In this document: piece by piece, positions 23,658 to 31,049 of the stretch
How the letters are laid out: each line of letters begins with the position of its first letter
Numbering within the stretch: position 1 is the stretch's first letter
DNA from: Planctomycetales bacterium
GTDB taxonomy: Bacteria > 4484-113 > JAFGCY01
NCBI GenBank assembly: GCA_022646745.1
Contig: CP060262.1
Coordinates: 300,001 to 332,000, forward strand
Reading direction: 5' to 3'
DNA: 32,000 bases
Translations under genes and position numbers: made by a program
The notes under the pieces: model-generated
Databases searched by the model: none
What the model was told of the DNA's origin: nothing
What the model saw: the letters and a program-made list of their open reading frames with translations, nothing else

Positions 23658-24353
23658 ATGCAGCTCACTGAAACAGTAATTGACAGCGCTGACGGCCGCT
23701 ATCGCCGCCGGCTCTGGCGCAGCCCAGCATCTGATGCACCGGCCTGCATCTTCCTCGATGCTGAACTCTACATTGAACGCGTCGGTGTGCTGTCCGTGCT
23801 CGACGACATGCTGGCCAGCGGCAGCTTGCCAGAGATGCAGTTCATCTTCGTCTCGAACGAGGATGCAGAAGCCCGCCACCATGACTACACCTGCAATGCT
23901 GACTATGCCCGCTTCATCGCGGAGGACATCCTGCCAGCCGGTCGCCCTGGCAACCTGATCTGTGGCCTGAGCTTGAGCGGCCTGGCCGCAGCGCACATCG
24001 CCACCAGCTATCCGGACAGCTTCAGCGGCGCACTCTGCCAGTCCGGCTCCTTCTGGTGGGAACGTTGCCGCTTCCTGCAGGGCTTGCTGAGCCGGGAAAC
24101 TCTTCCCGGGCGCTTCTGGCTGAGTGTCGGCACTGAGGAAAGGGAATACGGAGTGACCCATCCACCGACAGGCCTGCTGCAGGAACTGAGCCAACTGGAC
24201 TCGGTACGTCTGCTTGAGCGGGTACTGCGGGAGAGGGACGCAATCGTTCGCGTCAATGAGTACAAGGGCGGACACGACCCGGCGATGTGGCGCGCGGAAC
24301 TGCCGGAAGCACTGGAGTGGCTGCTTGTCAGTCCGGCAGGCAACCCGCATTGA
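23658..24353 (+). CDS. Enterochelin/siderophore-esterase-like alpha/beta hydrolase (Fes/IroE-type, 'putative esterase' family)
   Basis: IFLDAELY, nucleophile elbow GLSLSG, and the highly characteristic CQSGSFWW motif of Fes-type esterases, followed by GGHD for the catalytic His region. The 311-aa ORF on the opposite strand is Arg/Ala/Gln-rich junk. Confidence 0.85.
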   Translation: MQLTETVIDSADGRYRRRLWRSPASDAPACIFLDAELYIERVGVLSVLDDMLASGSLPEMQFIFVSNEDAEARHHDYTCNADYARFIAEDILPAGRPGNLICGLSLSGLAAAHIATSYPDSFSGALCQSGSFWWERCRFLQGLLSRETLPGRFWLSVGTEEREYGVTHPPTGLLQELSQLDSVRLLERVLRERDAIVRVNEYKGGHDPAMWRAELPEALEWLLVSPAGNPH

Positions 24354-24354
24354 G

Positions 24355-25683
24355 TCACTTGCCAGCAGGAACCTCGCTCTCCTCAACACTTTGCCCCGGT
24401 GCTTCCACTGCCACAGGGTAGTCCGCTTCGATTGTCCGCCCCATCTGCTCCCTGTCAACGAGGAAGAAGCCATCGCTTGACTGAACCAGCAATCCTTCCT
24501 GCAGTTCATTGATGCTGCCACCGTAGAAGTCTTCGGTTACCAGCCTGGCAAGCAGTTGCAACTGCGGAACTCCTCCATCCAGCGGAATACCCTCATGCGG
24601 CAGCTCCAGGATGGATACACCGTCCCGCTCACGAGCCAGGAAGTACATGCCATGCTCCCCGAAGCCGACATCATTGGTTTTCATGATGTACTGACTGCCC
24701 ATCAGCTGGCTGATGCCCTGGTTCAGCTGCAGTGTATGCGCCTTTCCATCCCGGATGACAACCAGCATGTCCCGGTTGAAGTTGTAGGCCAGGATATCGC
24801 CGCCCACATTGCCGATCCTGAAGCGTGTGTGCTCGTCATAGCCAATCCTGAACTCCTCCTCGCTGATCACAACCGGCACCGCAGGATCCGCCGGGTCATA
24901 ACTGACATGGTTATAGACCACCGGGAACTCCTCAACCGGCCAATTCCCCGTGCTGTGCCTGCCATTGCTGATCAGTTCGTAGCCGATTTCGTGTGCCTGC
25001 TCGTCAAACCAGGTCATCATCTTCCACTGCTTCGTCAGATGGAAACTCGTTGCCATTTCCCACTCGTCATCACTGAAGTCCTGCAGGTCCTCCAGCCTGA
25101 ACGGGCTGCGCGGTTCCATTTCAAGCAGGTGGATGAACGTTGCTTCGCCGGTATGGTCAAAGCTGATCTGGGGAAACTCCGGCGGATTGCTGGCAATCCG
25201 GTCCAGCAGCAGGCCCGCCAGCAGGCCATTGCCAGGTTCCACAAGCCTGAAACTGAATTGCCCGGTCCAGCTCTCCTCCATTCCCACCCAGTCCTCATAG
25301 GTCCAGTCCCTGGTTTCCTCAGGACTTGGATCGTCCATGTAGGTCGTGAAACTGAAGGCCGCCAGCCGGCCATCCACCCTGTTAAGCAGGTTTGGATTGA
25401 TGTATTGCTCATCAAGCTGTGGATTCGGACCGTAATCGATTCGGATCCTGCTCAGTCCATTCCCAAGCTGGACAATCCGGACACTCGGCAGCCCCGCCAG
25501 ATCGTCAGGCACAACTTCCTGCTCGGAGCTTTCATTCAGGTATGGCAGCAAGTCAGGTTCCAGCCTCGGCGGCATCTGCTCCATTGCCCTGACGTATTCC
25601 TCCGCCGGATCCGGTTCATCGCATGCAGCCAGCGACAGCACAAGGCCGAGAATCACAATCAAACTGCTGGCAAGCCTGGACAT
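24355..25683 (-). CDS. Hypothetical lipoprotein (442 aa), no recognised domain
   Basis: Lipobox LSLAA|C after MSRLASSLIVILGLV. Acidic, Trp/Tyr/Phe-rich mature part. GC looks lower than the pump genes. The opposite-strand 381-aa ORF is Arg/His/Gln-rich and implausible. Confidence 0.8.
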   Translation of the reverse strand: MSRLASSLIVILGLVLSLAACDEPDPAEEYVRAMEQMPPRLEPDLLPYLNESSEQEVVPDDLAGLPSVRIVQLGNGLSRIRIDYGPNPQLDEQYINPNLLNRVDGRLAAFSFTTYMDDPSPEETRDWTYEDWVGMEESWTGQFSFRLVEPGNGLLAGLLLDRIASNPPEFPQISFDHTGEATFIHLLEMEPRSPFRLEDLQDFSDDEWEMATSFHLTKQWKMMTWFDEQAHEIGYELISNGRHSTGNWPVEEFPVVYNHVSYDPADPAVPVVISEEEFRIGYDEHTRFRIGNVGGDILAYNFNRDMLVVIRDGKAHTLQLNQGISQLMGSQYIMKTNDVGFGEHGMYFLARERDGVSILELPHEGIPLDGGVPQLQLLARLVTEDFYGGSINELQEGLLVQSSDGFFLVDREQMGRTIEADYPVAVEAPGQSVEESEVPAGK

Positions 25684-25746
25684 CGGTTCAATTCACCTTA
25701 GCAGGAAATCGAAGTGGGACCGCCAGCCGGTAATAGCAAAATGGGA

Positions 25747-25773
25747 AATGGTGGGCGCTACAGGATTCGAACC
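25747..25773 (-). repeat. Orphan copy of the last 25 nt of tRNA-Val plus 2 flanking nt (att-like direct repeat)
   Basis: AATGGTGGGCGCTACAGGATTCGAACC at 25747-25773 is identical to 26256-26282. That second copy covers the T-loop, the 3' T-stem, the 3' acceptor strand, ACCA and TT of the intact tRNA. Sequence beyond the repeat diverges immediately and cannot fold as a tRNA. Confidence 0.85.
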
Positions 25774-25795
25774 AGGCTAGCTAGAGCTGTCTTAT

Positions 25796-26221
25796 CTACT
25801 TCGGCTCCCGCTCAGCGAAATTCCTGTCCATGTTTCCATCCTGGAAAATCGCGTAGAAAAATTCCCAGCTTGCCATCTGATGCAGAATCACGGCAACCCT
25901 CACCCAGGAAGTTTCCTCGATTTCATCAAGTGCTTCGCGAATGTTTTGCAGGATCAATGCATGCTCGAAGTGCCTGACTAGAATGTACGGCTTGACCATA
26001 ATGATTTCATTCCCTGTTGCCAGCATTTGACTGTCCAGATAGCTGGGGGTGGTTATGGTTACATGAAAGTCATCGCCGGACCTTCCATCAGGATTGCTGC
26101 CGATCCACAGCCGAACTCTGACATGGAACATATCAGGATCGTCTGGCATGAACTCATCGAATTCCAATTCGTCACCGTTGTCACAGCAGACGTAGGCGGC
26201 CAAAAGGCAAGGTTTGATCAT
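25796..26221 (-). CDS. Imm8-like (polymorphic-toxin immunity protein 8 family) orphan protein
   Basis: 141 aa. The pattern ...DEFMPDDPDMFHVRVRLWIGSNPDGRSGDDFHVTITTPSYL...ILVRHFEHALILQNIREALDEIEETSWVRVAVILHQMASWEFFY matches my recollection of Imm8 proteins (P-E/D-D-x-x-F.f.l.l.IGp..e.G.e.F.l.VcTP.WL ... tW.Eva.kL.r.g.WEFedY). Markedly AT-richer than its surroundings. No obvious SD. Confidence 0.7.
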   Translation of the reverse strand: MIKPCLLAAYVCCDNGDELEFDEFMPDDPDMFHVRVRLWIGSNPDGRSGDDFHVTITTPSYLDSQMLATGNEIIMVKPYILVRHFEHALILQNIREALDEIEETSWVRVAVILHQMASWEFFYAIFQDGNMDRNFAEREPK

Positions 26222-26257
26222 CGGAACATGATCTTAGCGTGTGTGAATGGAGCGTAA

Positions 26258-26334
26258 TGGTGGGCGCTACAGGATTCGAACCTGTGACCTCATCGGTGTG
26301 AACGATGCGCTCTAGCCAACTGAGCTAAGCGCCC
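26258..26334 (-). tRNA. tRNA-Val (anticodon CAC), 77 nt with encoded CCA
   Basis: The reverse complement folds as GGGCGCT-TA-GCTC-AGTTGGCTA-GAGC-G-CATCG-TTCACAC-CGATG-AGGTC-ACAGG-TTCGAAT-CCTGT-AGCGCCC-A-CCA. All four stems are fully Watson-Crick paired, and the anticodon loop TT-CAC-AC gives Val. Confidence 0.93.
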
Positions 26335-26336
26335 CC

Positions 26337-26598
26337 GGGAAAGTCCCGCCTATCTGACGGGGAGGGATATTATGCCAGAAAAACAGAGGAAAGGGAACAG
26401 ATAGCGGAAAGCGGAGCCGCGAAGCGCCGCTTCGCCGGCTCTCCAGCATCACTTAGCCCGAACCAGGCCTGCGCAGCTCCGCCCGCGTCTTCGCAACGCG
26501 GCTCCCCCCTGCTCTCAGCTTTCCGCTCCCTCCCCCATCAGTTACACTGATGAAGCGCACAGGGCGCACTCAGTCCGCGAGAAGGGAATGTCCCGCCT
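26337..26598. repeat. Repeat- and hairpin-rich intergenic element between tRNA-Val and the ankyrin gene
   Basis: Direct repeat GGGAA(A/T)GTCCCGCCT at 26337-26351 and 26584-26598 (14/15). Three collinear inverted blocks: GGGGAGGGA 26359-26367 / TCCCTCCCC 26527-26535; AGCGGAAAGC 26403-26412 / GCTTTCCGCT 26518-26527; GGAGCCGCG 26413-26421 / CGCGGCTCC 26488-26496. Local hairpins: about 13 bp GC-rich at 26413-26442, CCGCGT/ACGCGG at 26473-26491, and CATCAG/CTGATG at 26536-26552. Confidence 0.7.
26369..26377 (-). promoter_or_regulatory. Candidate extended -10 promoter (TGGCATAAT) for tRNA-Val
   Basis: The minus strand reads TG-G-CATAAT (26377-26369), followed by a GC-rich discriminator-like CCCTCCCC, about 34 nt upstream of the mature tRNA 5' end. 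No good -35. Confidence 0.3.
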
Positions 26599-26673
26599 GA
26601 CCAATCTGCCCGAGATGCATTGTTACGACACTTCGGGACCGCCATGCGGACAGCGGCAATATCGGAGGTCGTG

Positions 26674-28251
26674 ATGACGATTGAACTACCCGCCGGCGCA
26701 AACATCGAATTCGCGCGCAAACAGGCCAAGCTGCTGCTGAAACAGCTCAGTGATGCAGAAGCCGCCGCCCTGGCCCTGGCAGCCGAGTTCCATCCAAAGG
26801 GCTCAAAACCTGACTGGCAGCTCAGTGATGCGCAGCTGATCATCGCGCGGCAGTATGGATGCGAATCCTGGCCGAAGCTGAAGGAAGCAATCGAGAACCA
26901 GCGCCCGCTCGCCGAGCAGGCGAATGCCTTCATCGACAGCATGTTCGGCTGGCAGGATGCGCGCTTCAGGCGCATCATCACGGAGCACCCGGCTGTCGCC
27001 TCATTCGACATCGCCTGCCAGGTCAGCTGTGGCGACCATGCAGCATTGGCGGCCCTGCTTGCCACTGACGAAGATGCGGCGAAGAGAAAGTTCCCACCTC
27101 TCGACCGCGAACTGGTCATCTACGCCAGCTACTCCCTGATGCACACACTTGGCGAGCCCTACCGTTCAGGCCTGTTGCGCTGCGTCGAACTGCTGCTCGA
27201 ACACGGCGCTGATCCCAATGCCGCCTATGACGAAGGCGACAGCTGGGCCGGCGCGATGCAGGCCTGCCTGTATGGCGCCACCGGGCATGGCAACTTCCCC
27301 GAGCTGGCCCGCCTGTTGCTGGAGGCCGGGGCCGACCCGAATGACGACGAATGCATGTGGCATGTGCCGCAGTTCATGTACGAGGAGTGCCTCACGCTGC
27401 TGCTGGAGTTCGGTGGCAACCCGAACCGCAAGAGCGAGCACTGGAACAACACCCCGTTGTACTTCCTGCTCGGGCATCGCACGAATGACAAGGGCTATGA
27501 CACGGCCATGCGCGGCGTGAACTGGCTGCTGGAGCATGGCGCTGACCCGAATGTGCCGAGCTATGACTGGCAGGAGAATGCACTGCAGCTGGCGGTGCGC
27601 CTGCACCACCGCCCCGACGTGGTCGAATCCCTGCTGAAGCACGGCGCGGACGGGAGCTACAGGCGTGCGGATGGCTGCGACAGCTGGCAGCTCGCGCTGC
27701 GCAGTGGCAACCGTGATGCGATCAGCCTGCTGCGCGAACACGGCTTTGCGCATGACGAGGATGAACTGCTGGACAGCTACCTGCTGGCAGTGATGACGGC
27801 TGATGCACCGGCAGCCGGTGAGATGATAGCCGCCAGTCCGCAGCTGCTGGAGCAACTCGGCAAGCATGGGCCGGACAGCTTCTGTGATGCAGCCGAGCGC
27901 GGGCATCTTGAGGTTGTCAAAGTGATGCTTGACAACGGCTGGGACGTGGCAATGACCGACGAATGGGGCCGCCAGCCGCTGCACTGTGCCGCCCTGCGTG
28001 GCTTCGCGGATGTGGTCAGGCTACTGCTTGAGGCGGGAGCTCCGCTCGACCATCACGACAAGCTGTACAACGGCGCTCCGATCGGCTGGGCCCTGCACGG
28101 CGCAATCGAAATGCCGGCCGAGGATGGCGACTACCTCTCAGTGGTCGAGCAGATGGTGGCCGCCGGCGGGCTGGACTATGCCAACGACCGCGCATGGGCC
28201 GAACGTGATGTGGCGAAGGTGCGCGAGAGGTATGGAGTATCTCGGAGCTAG
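26674..28251 (+). CDS. Ankyrin-repeat protein (526 aa)
   Basis: GGAGG (26664-26668) lies 5 nt before ATG 26674; the track ORF starts at an upstream TTG. Repeated ANK signatures: LLLEHGADPNA, LLLEAGADPND, LLEFGGNPN, LLEHGADPNV, LLKHGADGS, and GHLEVVKVMLDNGWDVAMTDEWGRQPLHCAALRGFADVVRLLLEAGAPLD. The N-terminal ~70 aa (FARKQAKLLLKQL...LSDAQLIIARQYGCESWPKLKEAIE) is a helical cap often seen on bacterial ANK proteins. Confidence 0.9.
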   Translation: MTIELPAGANIEFARKQAKLLLKQLSDAEAAALALAAEFHPKGSKPDWQLSDAQLIIARQYGCESWPKLKEAIENQRPLAEQANAFIDSMFGWQDARFRRIITEHPAVASFDIACQVSCGDHAALAALLATDEDAAKRKFPPLDRELVIYASYSLMHTLGEPYRSGLLRCVELLLEHGADPNAAYDEGDSWAGAMQACLYGATGHGNFPELARLLLEAGADPNDDECMWHVPQFMYEECLTLLLEFGGNPNRKSEHWNNTPLYFLLGHRTNDKGYDTAMRGVNWLLEHGADPNVPSYDWQENALQLAVRLHHRPDVVESLLKHGADGSYRRADGCDSWQLALRSGNRDAISLLREHGFAHDEDELLDSYLLAVMTADAPAAGEMIAASPQLLEQLGKHGPDSFCDAAERGHLEVVKVMLDNGWDVAMTDEWGRQPLHCAALRGFADVVRLLLEAGAPLDHHDKLYNGAPIGWALHGAIEMPAEDGDYLSVVEQMVAAGGLDYANDRAWAERDVAKVRERYGVSRS

Positions 28252-28354
28252 CTTGTCGGGTGTAGCGGATTTGTCGTGCTTCACGCGGAAAAGTAATTCA
28301 CGGTGACTCGCAGCGTCACGCCAGCCCTACAACCCAGATCCCAGCTCCTATGTC

Positions 28355-28852
28355 CTAGACAGACATATCCACGCCCGCCAGGCTGGCGCTCGACATGTCG
28401 CAGCCGTCCAGCAGTGCGCCCTGCAGCTTCGCGTTGTCAAGCACCGCACCACGCAGGCTGGCATTGCGCAGGTCGGCACCGCGCAGGTCGGCCCCGCTGA
28501 GCACTGCGCCGCTCAGGTCCGCATTGCGCAGGTCGGCATTGCGCATGTCCTTCCCGCTGAGCTCAGCACCACGCAGGCTGACGCCACGCAGGTCACGGCC
28601 GTGCATCTGCTCATGCATCTGCACCCGTCGGCAGGCCCCGCGCTGGCGCGGCAGGCCCTCACGGGCCAGGCGCTCGATGCTGTCACGCGAGATGCGGCGC
28701 TCGTGGCGCACGATCTCCATGTCGCGGTACACCAGCTGCCCCTCGCTGCAGAGCTGCTGCAGGCGCTGGCGTCTGAGCGGCCGGCCCGTCAGCCGGGCCA
28801 GCAGCTCAGTCGCTTCAGTTGTTGTCAGCCAGTCGCCGTCCATCGGATCCAC
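28355..28852 (-). CDS. Helix-turn-helix (excisionase/MerR-like HTH_17-type) + pentapeptide-repeat fusion protein
   Basis: GTG start at 28852, 2 nt after the upstream gene's stop. The N-terminus WLTTTEATELLARLTGRPLRRQRLQQLCSEGQLVYRD...ERRISRDSIERLAREG resembles HTH_17-type DNA-binding domains. The C-terminal ~80 aa are canonical pentapeptide repeats (LRGAELSGKDMRNADLRNADLSGAVLSGADLRGADLRNASLRGAVLDNAKLQGALLDGCDM). Confidence 0.85.
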   Translation of the reverse strand: MDPMDGDWLTTTEATELLARLTGRPLRRQRLQQLCSEGQLVYRDMEIVRHERRISRDSIERLAREGLPRQRGACRRVQMHEQMHGRDLRGVSLRGAELSGKDMRNADLRNADLSGAVLSGADLRGADLRNASLRGAVLDNAKLQGALLDGCDMSSASLAGVDMSV

Positions 28853-28854
28853 GC

Positions 28855-29934
28855 CTAGGCGGACAGGTAGTCCGGCAGCACGGTGCTGGCATCAAGCTTC
28901 GCCAGTTCGAGCTGCTCCCTTGTCAGGTTGAGTGCCCCGCTCAGGTCCACCCCGCGCAGGTTGGCATCCTTCAGCAGCGCTCCACTGAAGTCCGCGCCAT
29001 CGAGGGTCGCGGAGCGCAGGTTGGCACCGCTGAGGTCGGCCTTCTTCAGGCGCGCACCGCTGAGGTTAGCGCTGCCGAGGTTGGCACCATTGAAGCTGGC
29101 CTTGCCGAGCCGCGCGCCGCTCAGGTCCGCGCTGCCGAGGTTACTGCCGCTCAGGTCCGAGCCCTTCAGCCGCGCCTGCTGCATGTTGGCACTGCCGAGG
29201 TTGCTGCCGTTCAGGCGGCAGCCCGCCAGCCGTGCACCGCCGAAGTCGGCCTTGGCCAGGTTGGCGCCGCTCAGGCTGCAGTTCTCCAGCTTCGCCCCGC
29301 TGAAGTCGGCCTTCGCCAGGTTGCAGCCCGTCAGGCGGCAGTCCGCCAGCTGGGTATTGCTGAAGCTGGCCGAGGCAAAGTTGCTGCCGGTCATGTCCAC
29401 GCCCTGCATGCTGCGTCCGGCGAAGCTCGCCCGGACGGCATTCACGCCCCGCATGCTGCGCTTGTCAGTACCGGGGTTACTGCCCTTGCCGGGCTGCTTG
29501 ACCGCCTCGGACATCGCGCTGTCAATCGCCTGTTCGATCTGCTCTGCCAGCCGGCTGCCAAAGCCCTCACCGAGGATCGACAGGTTGTCCAGCCTTTTCA
29601 GGCGCTGCAGCTTGTGGCGCATGCGGTTGAGCTTGGCCTGCTGTCGCTGTTCACGGTGCTTGCTGCGATCACCCGCGCTGCAGCCGATGCTGAACACGAA
29701 TGCCTTGGATTTCGGGCCGGACTTCGGCCTGCCGTCTGCATCGCCGCTCTCGCTGCCATCACCCCATTCATCGCCGGCATCGAACTCAGCGTCGATGTCG
29801 GGCTGGGAGGCGGGGGATTCATCCCCGATGACGGAGTCGAGCAGTTCCTCGAGCCCCTCACCGTTCACCACCACCTTGACGGCGGGGTCTGCGTCATTGT
29901 GCGCGCCGGAGTGGCGCCCATGCTTCTTTACCAT
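28855..29934 (-). CDS. Pentapeptide-repeat protein with an acidic then basic N-terminal extension
   Basis: GAGGA SD 5 nt before ATG 29934. About 35 consecutive A(D/N)LxG-type pentapeptides (aa ~160-335, e.g. CNLAKADFSGAKLENCSLSGANLAKADFGGARL...), ending in the typical LTREQLELAKLD..TVLPDYL C-cap. The N-terminus has an acidic tract (DIDAEFDAGDEWGDGSESGDADG) followed by a basic helix (KHREQRQQAKLNRMRHKLQRLKRL). Confidence 0.88.
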   Translation of the reverse strand: MVKKHGRHSGAHNDADPAVKVVVNGEGLEELLDSVIGDESPASQPDIDAEFDAGDEWGDGSESGDADGRPKSGPKSKAFVFSIGCSAGDRSKHREQRQQAKLNRMRHKLQRLKRLDNLSILGEGFGSRLAEQIEQAIDSAMSEAVKQPGKGSNPGTDKRSMRGVNAVRASFAGRSMQGVDMTGSNFASASFSNTQLADCRLTGCNLAKADFSGAKLENCSLSGANLAKADFGGARLAGCRLNGSNLGSANMQQARLKGSDLSGSNLGSADLSGARLGKASFNGANLGSANLSGARLKKADLSGANLRSATLDGADFSGALLKDANLRGVDLSGALNLTREQLELAKLDASTVLPDYLSA

Positions 29935-30041
29935 GTTTTCCTCGCTTCGCTGCCTGCCCCTGGGGAGCTTCAGGCCTTACGCGTCACTGCTGCCTAACTA
30001 TACGCCGGGGTATGGGGGATGGTTTCGCGAAGGAAGGAATT

Positions 30042-31049
30042 TCAGCCGAAGACCAGCGGGAATGAGCGCTGGATGAACCAGAAGGCCCCGCTGATGCCGA
30101 TCACGTAGGCCGGTGACTCGCGCAGCCAGAGCGGGGCGCGCATGCTGAGCCGGCGCAGCGGCCAGTACAGCAGGAGCAGCATGCCGACGAAGGCCAGCTG
30201 GCCCAGTTCCACGCCGACATTGAAGCTCAGCAGCGACAGCGGGATCTCCACGCGCGGCATGCCGATCAGGCTCAGCCCGCCGGCGAAGCCGAAGCCGTGC
30301 AGCAGGCCGAACACGAAGGCCACCAGCCAGGGCATGCGGATCGCGAGGCTGGTCTCACCCTTCATGCGGTGGATCACCTCCGGCCCGAGCAGCAGGATGC
30401 TCAGTGCGATCAGGGCCTCGATCGGGGCCGGCGGCAGGTTGACAACACCGAGTGCCGCCAGCGCGAGCGTGATGCTGTGCGCCAGCGTGAATGCCGTGAC
30501 GGTCTTTATCAGCTGCCGGGCCCCGCCCACGATCAGCAGCAGGCCGAACACGAACAGCAGGTGGTCCGCACCCTTGAGGATGTGCTCGAAGCCCATCACG
30601 ATGAACTCAATGCTGCGCTGTTGCCAGCCGCGCTCTCCGCTCAGCTCGAATCGCGGGTCGGTCGAGCGCACCAGCGCGCTGTAGTTGCTGCCATCCAGCC
30701 GGCTGACGCGCACGAACACCTCGGTGACCATCCCCTCCAGCCCCGGGAAACTGACAACGCTACCATCCAGCCTGCCCGGTTCGATGGCAACACTGCGGAT
30801 CTCCAGCTCGCCGTCACTCAGGCTGCGGCGCTGCACGGGCGTGCTCTCCAGCCAGTCCGCGGGCAGCTCAAGGCTGACCGGGTAGCCCTCCGGGCCGGTC
30901 GGCGGCGGGGTCTTCCAGCTCACACGGAACTGAGTTTCATCCAGCTGCGTGATGTTCAGCACGCATGGCTTGCTTTCATGCGCCAGTGCCGGCCTGGCCT
31001 GGGTTGCCAGGGCCGCGAGCAGCAGGATTGCCAGCCAGGCCTGCTTCAC
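30042..31049 (-). CDS. HupE/UreJ family membrane protein with an extended periplasmic N-terminal domain
   Basis: Signal peptide ...ATQARPALA|HE, giving a mature N-terminal His as in HupE/UreJ proteins. This is followed by a ~140-aa soluble domain and then the TM core with KGADHLLFVFGLLLIVGG...TLAHSITLALA...HGFGFAGGL. The GTG start overlaps the upstream stop (GTGA). Confidence 0.85.
   Translation of the reverse strand: MKQAWLAILLLAALATQARPALAHESKPCVLNITQLDETQFRVSWKTPPPTGPEGYPVSLELPADWLESTPVQRRSLSDGELEIRSVAIEPGRLDGSVVSFPGLEGMVTEVFVRVSRLDGSNYSALVRSTDPRFELSGERGWQQRSIEFIVMGFEHILKGADHLLFVFGLLLIVGGARQLIKTVTAFTLAHSITLALAALGVVNLPPAPIEALIALSILLLGPEVIHRMKGETSLAIRMPWLVAFVFGLLHGFGFAGGLSLIGMPRVEIPLSLLSFNVGVELGQLAFVGMLLLLYWPLRRLSMRAPLWLRESPAYVIGISGAFWFIQRSFPLVFG

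Noticed and set aside
25747-25830. The possibility that the first GGTTCGAATCCTGTAGCGCCCACCA copy is a second tRNA gene or a tRNA pseudogene.
   Set aside because: Identity stops after 2 nt of the 5' T-stem strand. The upstream sequence cannot form T, anticodon, D or acceptor stems. It is a 3'-end fragment, consistent with an att-type duplication.
28850-28857. The two pentapeptide genes being one gene split by a nonsense mutation (a pseudogene).
   Set aside because: The upstream protein ends with the typical PRP C-terminal cap (LTREQLELAKLD..TVLPDYL). The downstream one begins with a distinct HTH-like domain. This junction is a normal operon boundary.
28400-29400. Conspicuous short-period DNA repeats, such as GCGCAGGTCGGCACC-like 15-mers, which could be taken for a CRISPR-like or VNTR array.
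   Set aside because: The period is 15 nt with no unique spacers. The repeats are in frame and fully explained by pentapeptide-repeat coding.
28819-30076. Two ~395-aa plus-strand ORFs spanning both pentapeptide-repeat genes.
   Set aside because: The 15-nt periodic GC-rich coding repeat has no stop-codon complements in several frames. Only the minus strand yields canonical A(D/N)LxG pentapeptides, proper C-cap sequences and SD-preceded starts.
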